Assembly: GCA_003144275.1 (NCBI GenBank)
Contig: NJBF01000007.1
Location: 64,668-96,667, forward strand
Direction of reading: 5' to 3'
From: Candidatus Heimdallarchaeota archaeon B3_Heim
Lineage (GTDB): Archaea > Asgardarchaeota > Heimdallarchaeia > Hodarchaeales > Hodarchaeaceae
DNA: 32,000 bases
Shown here: one piece after another, positions 25,090 through 32,000 of the stretch
Numbering within the stretch: the stretch's first letter is position 1
How the letters are laid out: every line of letters starts with the position of its first letter
The notes under the pieces: model-generated
Told to the model about the DNA's origin: nothing
Database searches by the model: none
What the model saw: the letters and a program-made list of their open reading frames with translations, nothing else
Position numbers and translations under genes: made by a program

Positions 25090-26469
25090 TCATTTATTTG
25101 CCTGGGTTTGTTCAGGTGTAATATAGTAACCAAACAATTTTTCGAGATCGCTTACAGCATCCTCTAATTCTTGTTTTGTTGTACCTTTTGAGCGTTTAAA
25201 CCAGTGTTGTTTCAATTCTGAATCACCACTGTGTAAACGTATCAACGATTTTGCTTCTTCTAATATATCATATAATTCTGGTATTCGTGGTAGGCCGAAC
25301 AACAACAAAAGAGAGGCTCGTGCTTTCTCATCATCATAAGCACAATAAGTTGGGGAAATACTTGCACCTTTAGCCAAAAAAGGACTAAGAGCTTTTTTCA
25401 ATAATGGATCAAATTCAACTCGTGCAATTTCTTTAGGTCCACTCAATACGGAAAATACTGATGAAGCAGCGGGGTTTGTTCCCATATTAGTTAAACTGCA
25501 ATGTGCAGCAGTATATTCAACTGCTGCGGCTAATTGATTCCCTACATCTCCTACTTCAGGGAAAATGGATAAATCATCAAACATCGCTGGAACAACCACA
25601 CTATCCAATTTGAGTGCGAAATCTCCGATATCTGTTGTAGGTAAGACCTCTTTACCTAGTTCAGGTACTCCTGGTGAGAGCATTTCTGCAATAGATTCAA
25701 GTGCTAGCGGATTTACAAGTTCAACAAATGCTTCTTCCATCTGAACGGGAAGAGGGGTGTTTGTTTGGCCTAAAACATTTGGTCTGGTCACATTACTATC
25801 TAATGCTGTAAGATCCAGGCCTTTCTCCCGTGTTATTAAATCAGCCGCTTCTCCCCTTTGCATACTTAATACACGACTCAACATAGTATTATTTGAAAGG
25901 AGTAGGATTAGATCGGGACCCATGTTTCCTTCCTCTAATTGTAATCGAAGGAGTTTAGATAAAGCCCATACGCTGTTCACAGCTTCAGATGATTGGTTTA
26001 CGAAAGGTAAAACTCCGAATACATAGATGAAAATTTTTCGCTTCTCTTGCTCTGCAAACCTTTTTCGCAATAAGCGAATTAAGGCAGGAGTGCCTCCACA
26101 ACCTGTTCCTCCTCCAAAGCTTGTGAAAATGCAAAAACCACTGATTCCTTCATAGCCTAATGCCTGCAATTGATTTAAAATTATATCTTCAGAGTCAATA
26201 ACTGATTCATAACCAGCAGAGAATTTTCCACCCACGCCAATTTCTGCATCAGAATAAAGCAGGGTACGCTTCGATGAAATAGAGTACTTTTTTCTCGCTT
26301 TTAATAGATCTCCCCTATCGGTATTCATCACTAAATATTCACGAATACGCGTAGGGAGTTCTCCTTTCTCAGATTTCGCCAAATAGCTACCTACCAGGTT
26401 GCTCCCGCATTCTCCAATTCCGATTGCGAATACAGATGCTTCTGATCCTTCTAATTTTACATCAGACAT
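25090..26469 (-). CDS. Tubulin/FtsZ-superfamily GTPase with a tubulin-like C-terminal helical hairpin
   Basis: GIGECGSN, MNTD, GVGG, signature GGGTGCGG, VLPF, EAVNS, LSNN, LVNPL, T7 loop TTDIGDF and C-terminal HWFKRSKGTTKQELEDAVSDLEKLFGYY; GGTGA SD at 26477-26481. Confidence 0.93.
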   Translation of the reverse strand: MSDVKLEGSEASVFAIGIGECGSNLVGSYLAKSEKGELPTRIREYLVMNTDRGDLLKARKKYSISSKRTLLYSDAEIGVGGKFSAGYESVIDSEDIILNQLQALGYEGISGFCIFTSFGGGTGCGGTPALIRLLRKRFAEQEKRKIFIYVFGVLPFVNQSSEAVNSVWALSKLLRLQLEEGNMGPDLILLLSNNTMLSRVLSMQRGEAADLITREKGLDLTALDSNVTRPNVLGQTNTPLPVQMEEAFVELVNPLALESIAEMLSPGVPELGKEVLPTTDIGDFALKLDSVVVPAMFDDLSIFPEVGDVGNQLAAAVEYTAAHCSLTNMGTNPAASSVFSVLSGPKEIARVEFDPLLKKALSPFLAKGASISPTYCAYDDEKARASLLLLFGLPRIPELYDILEEAKSLIRLHSGDSELKQHWFKRSKGTTKQELEDAVSDLEKLFGYYITPEQTQANK

Positions 26470-26686
26470 ATTTTAATCACCATCATCCTTACTTATAACA
26501 ATATTATCGTTGTGGTATCAAATTGAGGAAAATAATGTTGTTTTTTTCAGCAAAGAAACTCATTCAGCTTAGTGTTATTACTAAATTTGATAAATGTTTT
26601 GAAACCTTTTCTTTACCCAATTCCATCAAGCAGGCATTAAAAATTCAAATATTATGAGAATAAGATCACTGAAAACTATTTCTTCA

Positions 26687-29600
26687 TTATTTGCTAAATA
26701 TCTTTTCTATCTGTCGAATTGGTAATTTTGAAGGTCGTAAAACCCTTGGAATATTCCTATCATGATCAAGGAATTGTGTAAGGTATCTGAATCCACTACT
26801 CTTTAATGATTTCCTTTGATCATTGGTTAAAGAGGAGATATATTCTGTGTATACACCAATCATTACGTATTCTATTGTTTCATTTGATAGATTACCTTTT
26901 AATGAATAGATATTAGGTCTGTATTTTTGCAGTTTTAATTCAAAACCCGACCTATCTTTGATACCCCACTTCGCTTGAACTTTCTCCCATACATACTGGG
27001 GATATTCACGATGTCTAAAATCCTTTATCCTCTTCTTATTAAACAGAGTTGTAACGAAATCATCAAAATTACCAGAACTCAATAAGTGATCGCGATATCC
27101 TAAAGCATTCCACCTATCACTGTTTTTAACCATATACACCTTTTTGTGCTCTTTGGGTAAAAAAGTGTCAGTTGTCAGATCCACAATTAATCCTCTTGGT
27201 GTACCCCTGTTTTTTGGAGTAAGAACTTCTATCTGCTCAGTACATTCGAACCAATATCGCTGAAAAGCCAACCGACTACTTAAATTTCCTAGATTTCGTT
27301 TTAATTTTGAATACAACTGTGGTTCAAGAAGTTCAAGCAAGAGATTTCCTTTTGGTGGTAGAATAAATGCCAAATTCGGGATTTCTTGATCATCAGATAT
27401 TTCTTTCAATATCCTCAATTGACTCCGATCCCATTTAGGCCCTGATTTCAGTTTTTTATTTATGGAATCAAGAAAATTTTCAAATGAACCTAGTTTTTTC
27501 ACATCAAATTTTTGATTTTTGCTTGTGAATCTCTCATTTAAGGCATACAATGAAGGACGGAAGAGATTTGGTTGTAGTACAATTTTATCCTGAACTTGTT
27601 TTCTGATTTGTTCCCAAACGTGATTGGGAAAAGCAGAATTGTCACCAAAATCCCTTTGTGTTGACGTTTTTCTGAAACACAGATTTACAAAATCATCGAA
27701 TTGCCGTTCCGTCAAAAATTTGTCACTGTAGCCGCGAATATTCCATCTATTGCTATTTTTAATTAAAAACATTGTACGATGTTCTCTAGGTAAAAAAGTA
27801 TCAGAAGTCATATCAATGATAAATCCTCTTGGACCATTCTTATATCTTCTATCAATTACCTTTGACACTCCTGTACATTCATTCCAAAAATCACGAAATA
27901 ATGGTTTCTCTTCCAACTGTCTCTGGATTAATTCCAATGATGTGGTAGGATCTTTAGCTTGTTTATTCATATTTATGTCAAGAGATCGTATAGAATCAAG
28001 ATTGATCTTATTTTCCTTATAATTTTGAATTAAATTTGCCTCTATCCCTGAATTTACGCCTCCAATCTCCGCATTGTTATTTTGAAAATGTACCCTGAAG
28101 TTTTCAATGATATTAACAACTAATTCTGCTGGATTGTCAGCCCATATATTCTGAAGCTGTTTTAGCATATTCTTCTCATCTTCTCTGTAAGATTGAGGAG
28201 TCTTGCTAAGATAATCTAATGCTTTTTCAAAAGCTTCTTCACCAGTATATCCAGCATCATAAGCTAGTCTGAGTGCGCTAAAGAGTTCTCCAAATTTACT
28301 AATACCTTCAGTATTATCCCAAATACCAATAGTAATGATTCCGACATTGTTTTGTGTCAGATTTGGATGGGATTTCATGTCATACACACTTGTTAAATCC
28401 ACACCATTAATGAGATGTATAGTAATGTTCTCAAAATTGTCTGATTTTCCGAAAAACGATTTAAATTGGTCATATATAACTAGTTCTTTTTTATTTTGGT
28501 CAAAACACTTGCCTAAATCCTTGATTTGAACATTTATTGGTTTATGCGTATGAATCTTCAAATCTGAATAAGCTATATTTGTTGCACCAGAATTAACTCT
28601 CTCAAATCCAGATGGGGTGCATTCTGTGTCACTAGAAAATTTATGCCCGAAGTAATTATTTAATGCATTTAACACATTTTTATTCTCAAAAAAGGCTTCT
28701 AGTATTGCATTGATTCCATAAGTGTTATTCTCACTCATTAGATGAGCAATACTATCAAAATTTATGTAACGAGTAGCTCTAGCCTCATTCACGCCCCACA
28801 TTAATCCATCAATTGCCTTAGATTGAAGAATTTCGTTATCAATGATCCAAGACCGATATATCCTGTTTATGGCATAATTGGTGGTAGTTCCTTTTATCTC
28901 ATCCATTGCATCTAGAAAGCGTGCAAACGCCCTTCCCTTGTTTACTACCCTAATAATGAACTTTTGACCTATATAATTGGGATCTACGATAGTTGGATAA
29001 ACGCCTGTGGCTTTTTTTTTCATGAATTGTAGTAAGTTATTGTATCCCCATTGTTTCATATTTCTCCTCCCAATTCGGTCTAAACCATGATAATACTTCC
29101 AAAATATTCCTGTTAAAGCATGTTCGATGTTTTCTCTTGTGTACTCGTGTTTCAAAGCAAACAATGCGGGTCTTTTCGTGGTTTTCAGAGCGATATCTTT
29201 CTTGAATACCCTCTGGAACTCTCTCCACACATTATTCATTTTTTTCTGGTAGGTAAAGTCCTTTACATTTTCAAAATCCGAAAATGATGCTCGCTTTCCA
29301 AATAGCGTATCTATAAATTCTCTAATATTCTTGCTATGCAATTCTCGTTTTGTTGGTGCTAGTGTATTCCAAGTATACGTATTTCTAGCAAGGTATATTC
29401 TCCGCATACTTGCTGGAAGCTCTTGTTCTTTTGATAAATCTAATAAAAACAGTTTCCGACCCTGTTCTGTTGGTTTCATCTGGTTTATTCCTTCAAACCA
29501 TAACCGTTGCCATTCTAATCTAAAATTCCCTAATTTCTGATTATCTATAAGTTTATCATACAATCGTCGATCTAGTATCTCCACTGATTTGTTCCCATCT

Positions 29601-30295
29601 CCCTTGTATACAAAGGCAATATTGGGATAAGAACCATCAGTATTAAGGGTGTTAAGGTAAGTATATGTTTTGGTATCTAACTCACGTCCTGCTTGCAGTT
29701 GTGTGTTTAGTTCTTTAATTAACGTATTTATATCTTGAATTTCTTTGACTTGTTCTGTTTTTTGCTCTAATCTCTCATCTAATGAAATTTTTACTTTTTC
29801 CTCCTTATGAGTGGTGGATTGATCTCCTGTATCTGTTTCCCTGATTATTGTTTGATCATTGTAATCCTCATGTGTTAATACCAGTTTTCTCATCAATGTA
29901 TTTTCTTCTTCCTCCTCCTTACTGTCCTCCTCTCCTTTCTGTCCTGTTTCTCTGTTTAACTCTCTTTCTGTCTCATTCTCCTTTATTTCTAACCCATCTT
30001 CAGCTTCTTTTTCCTTTTGTTCACATAATTGTTTCTGATTTTGTTCTTTTAGGTTATTAAATGAAATTTCCTCAATTTTATCCTCCTCTACTACTAACTG
30101 ATCGGGGTAATTTTCTATCGCCGCAAGTATTTGTGAATCTCCTGTATTTTCATTATTGATTACGATTTGATCATTGTATGGTTCCTCTGCTAGCAATTTT
30201 TCCTCTATTTCATTGAGTGTTTCCCTCCGATCCTCCGTTTGTTCTTCTGAGTGTTCCTCCCTTTGCTTCCACTTCATATTCTCTTCTGATGACAA
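26687..30295 (-). CDS. 1202-aa multidomain protein: acidic N-terminus, three copies of an unrecognised domain, central PD-(D/E)xK-like motif
   Basis: Internal repeats at aa 190-425, 798-920 (partial) and 939-1176; SDLKIH-x6-VQIK at aa 577-592. Confidence 0.85.
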   Translation of the reverse strand: MSSEENMKWKQREEHSEEQTEDRRETLNEIEEKLLAEEPYNDQIVINNENTGDSQILAAIENYPDQLVVEEDKIEEISFNNLKEQNQKQLCEQKEKEAEDGLEIKENETERELNRETGQKGEEDSKEEEEENTLMRKLVLTHEDYNDQTIIRETDTGDQSTTHKEEKVKISLDERLEQKTEQVKEIQDINTLIKELNTQLQAGRELDTKTYTYLNTLNTDGSYPNIAFVYKGDGNKSVEILDRRLYDKLIDNQKLGNFRLEWQRLWFEGINQMKPTEQGRKLFLLDLSKEQELPASMRRIYLARNTYTWNTLAPTKRELHSKNIREFIDTLFGKRASFSDFENVKDFTYQKKMNNVWREFQRVFKKDIALKTTKRPALFALKHEYTRENIEHALTGIFWKYYHGLDRIGRRNMKQWGYNNLLQFMKKKATGVYPTIVDPNYIGQKFIIRVVNKGRAFARFLDAMDEIKGTTTNYAINRIYRSWIIDNEILQSKAIDGLMWGVNEARATRYINFDSIAHLMSENNTYGINAILEAFFENKNVLNALNNYFGHKFSSDTECTPSGFERVNSGATNIAYSDLKIHTHKPINVQIKDLGKCFDQNKKELVIYDQFKSFFGKSDNFENITIHLINGVDLTSVYDMKSHPNLTQNNVGIITIGIWDNTEGISKFGELFSALRLAYDAGYTGEEAFEKALDYLSKTPQSYREDEKNMLKQLQNIWADNPAELVVNIIENFRVHFQNNNAEIGGVNSGIEANLIQNYKENKINLDSIRSLDINMNKQAKDPTTSLELIQRQLEEKPLFRDFWNECTGVSKVIDRRYKNGPRGFIIDMTSDTFLPREHRTMFLIKNSNRWNIRGYSDKFLTERQFDDFVNLCFRKTSTQRDFGDNSAFPNHVWEQIRKQVQDKIVLQPNLFRPSLYALNERFTSKNQKFDVKKLGSFENFLDSINKKLKSGPKWDRSQLRILKEISDDQEIPNLAFILPPKGNLLLELLEPQLYSKLKRNLGNLSSRLAFQRYWFECTEQIEVLTPKNRGTPRGLIVDLTTDTFLPKEHKKVYMVKNSDRWNALGYRDHLLSSGNFDDFVTTLFNKKRIKDFRHREYPQYVWEKVQAKWGIKDRSGFELKLQKYRPNIYSLKGNLSNETIEYVMIGVYTEYISSLTNDQRKSLKSSGFRYLTQFLDHDRNIPRVLRPSKLPIRQIEKIFSK
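26768..29728 (-). repeat. Three diverged intragenic domain repeats (29728-29021, 27904-27536, 27481-26768)
   Basis: WQRLWFEG/FRDFWNEC/FQRYWFEC; LLDLSKEQELP/IIDMTSDTFLP/IVDLTTDTFLP; RNTYTWN/KNSNRWN/KNSDRWN; VWRE/VWEQ/VWEK; RPALFAL/RPSLYAL/RPNIYSL. Confidence 0.9.
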
Positions 30296-30738
30296 CTTCT
30301 TATCTCTCCTCGATTTCTCCCTCTGGAAGTGAATATTTATTCTACTATGGATTGTTTCTTTACCTTAAATACTCACAAAAAAAGTTGTGTATTTTTGACT
30401 CTTAAAGAATACGGTTTTATACAGGCAATTCTATTGAACAATGGACTTAGTATTAAATTTCACGACTAAGGACTGGAACAGTGGTGATATAATTTTTCAT
30501 ATATCAATAGATCTTCGACAGGAGAACAAAAAATATAATTACTCTAGGGGATTCAATAGATCCTGTTTTGATTTCTAAGAATTTTCACTTCTTTAATATA
30601 AAAGGAGGAATTAGCTTCTATAATACAAATGATCCTGAGCAACTGAATGATCTAAGATTGCATTATTTTCATGGGGGAATGGCGAGAGGGCAAAAATTTC
30701 GCTTTCTGTCTCTTCCATTGTCATTTCTGATCCACCTA

Positions 30739-32000
30739 TTATTTTAACACCATGCCAGATTTAATTTCAATAAATAATTTCATCACTAATGATAAATACG
30801 CTCCAATGACCTTGTTATGGGGATAAGTCTCCATAATCTTCTTGGATATCTCTTTAAATTGTCTTTTATTCTCTTCACTGTTATCTGTGGGTAAGTAGCG
30901 GGCACGAAACATTCGAAAAGCACTATGCCATCGATTTAATTGAATAGACACCTTTTCCCACTCCTCCCGCTGGCTTTCAATTCTCGGGAAAAGATCTAAT
31001 ATATATCGTAAATCATGTGAATTCAATAAGTCTGCTCGATCTTCAATCAATTTTGACAAAGGATATATTTTCTCCGATGCTTCATCGGAATACTTTTTGA
31101 AAACCTCTTGAATGTTTGAATAATAGTCTAAAATCCCTAATTTGGTCTGTAAATTCGCATTTAGATCTTTTTCAAATACTTTCATTATTTCAACTACAAC
31201 AGCCCTTACTTGACTTAGTCTGATAATTGCCTGAGTCAAATGATGGACATTATTAGTGGTAGCAATTCGTTGGAAATCACTTAAATAGCCAAAGTCAATT
31301 CGGTCATCTGTTCGTATGTCAATCTGAAAAGAAGCGAATAAATACTCAATTGTGTCTTGGATCTCTGCAATATATCGCTCTCCAGTTGTACGAATTGTAT
31401 TACATGCATTATTATCATTTTGTAACTTATCTATTTCCACAAAGACCTCAGTAATCTCTCTCAGATGGACATCTTCCTGATGTTTAACTATGACTTGTGA
31501 AAAAGCTTCAATATATCCTCCAACAAACTCAATTATATTGATACCTACTTCTTTGAGGTCATTAACATTTTTTAGGACTTTTCGTGATTCTGAGACTCCA
31601 TGGGATAATAAAACAGCAATAATTTCTGTATCATAGAAATATATCAATTCCCTCAGATTATGGGCTAACCTCTCATGAGAAACTTCTTCTGGTTCAAAAT
31701 TGTAGATTTTTTGTTCTGCTGCAAAAACACTATCACTGAGTGGAGAGATTTCATGAATTCGAGGAAGACTTACTCTTAACCAATTATAGAGATTCTGGTG
31801 TAATTTTGTAAGAGAATCCTTGGCTAATTGCATGCTTTCGAGACTGTAACTTTCATAACTATCAACTAAACGTACGATATCTTTGTGTGTTTTTATTTCC
31901 TCTAATTTTTTCTTCATCAGCCCAAGTGGTTCTTCGAAAAATGCAGAATATTGAGGGGGGAGTTTGGAATAATCCTGTATATTCGATGTTATTTCTCGAT
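30739..32000 (-). CDS. Large alpha-helical hypothetical protein, 5' end outside the window
   Basis: The frame stays open upstream of ATG 31917 to the window edge (REITSNIQDYSKLPPQYSAFFEEPLGL-MKKK...), so the 392-aa ORF is only the C-terminal part. Confidence 0.75.
   Translation of the reverse strand, partial: REITSNIQDYSKLPPQYSAFFEEPLGLMKKKLEEIKTHKDIVRLVDSYESYSLESMQLAKDSLTKLHQNLYNWLRVSLPRIHEISPLSDSVFAAEQKIYNFEPEEVSHERLAHNLRELIYFYDTEIIAVLLSHGVSESRKVLKNVNDLKEVGINIIEFVGGYIEAFSQVIVKHQEDVHLREITEVFVEIDKLQNDNNACNTIRTTGERYIAEIQDTIEYLFASFQIDIRTDDRIDFGYLSDFQRIATTNNVHHLTQAIIRLSQVRAVVVEIMKVFEKDLNANLQTKLGILDYYSNIQEVFKKYSDEASEKIYPLSKLIEDRADLLNSHDLRYILDLFPRIESQREEWEKVSIQLNRWHSAFRMFRARYLPTDNSEENKRQFKEISKKIMETYPHNKVIGAYLSLVMKLFIEIKSGMVLK

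Noticed and set aside
25090-26469. Calling the gene ftsZ, cetZ or a named tubulin
   Set aside because: Mixed signatures; no symbol can be assigned without phylogeny.
12133-30405. Remaining short antisense ORFs (12133, 15999, 16348, 17589, 20818, 21204, 22395, 23642, 25757, 27750, 28335, 29331, 29848, 30217) and same-strand out-of-frame ORFs (23605, 29037)
   Set aside because: Nested in or overlapping longer supported genes; no independent evidence.
1-32000. tRNA, rRNA, CRISPR arrays, transposases, integrases
   Set aside because: No cloverleaf, GC-rich structured RNA, regularly spaced repeats, or DDE/tyrosine recombinase motifs were recognised by eye; small ncRNAs could be missed.

Overview
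AT-rich archaeal chromosomal segment (GC roughly one third by eye), almost certainly from an Asgard archaeon. The eukaryote-like primase subunits suggest Heimdallarchaeia/Hodarchaeales, which is an inference. Housekeeping genes include priL-priS, a Hef/FANCM-type helicase, PAC2, arsC, a CaCA antiporter, an NDP-sugar synthase, a PHP protein and DUF61. Eukaryotic-signature-like genes include a longin-domain protein, a membrane RING protein and a tubulin-family GTPase. Highlights: (1) the tubulin/FtsZ-family protein has an FtsZ/CetZ-like core but ends in a segment matching eukaryotic tubulin helices H11-H12, and it is followed by two uncharacterised helical/coiled-coil genes; (2) a free-standing LAGLIDADG gene plus an unannotated AbrB-type gene lie between a truncated 5' copy and a complete copy of a GT-C glycosyltransferase gene, as expected for a homing element that replaces the 5' end of its target; (3) a 1202-aa protein has three copies of an unrecognised domain around a PD-(D/E)xK-like core; (4) a divergent Orc1/Cdc6-like AAA+/wHTH gene with a Mrr-like neighbour follows a long AT-rich intergenic region. 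No rRNA, tRNA or CRISPR array was recognised. All family calls rest on motifs recognised by eye; no database search was run.
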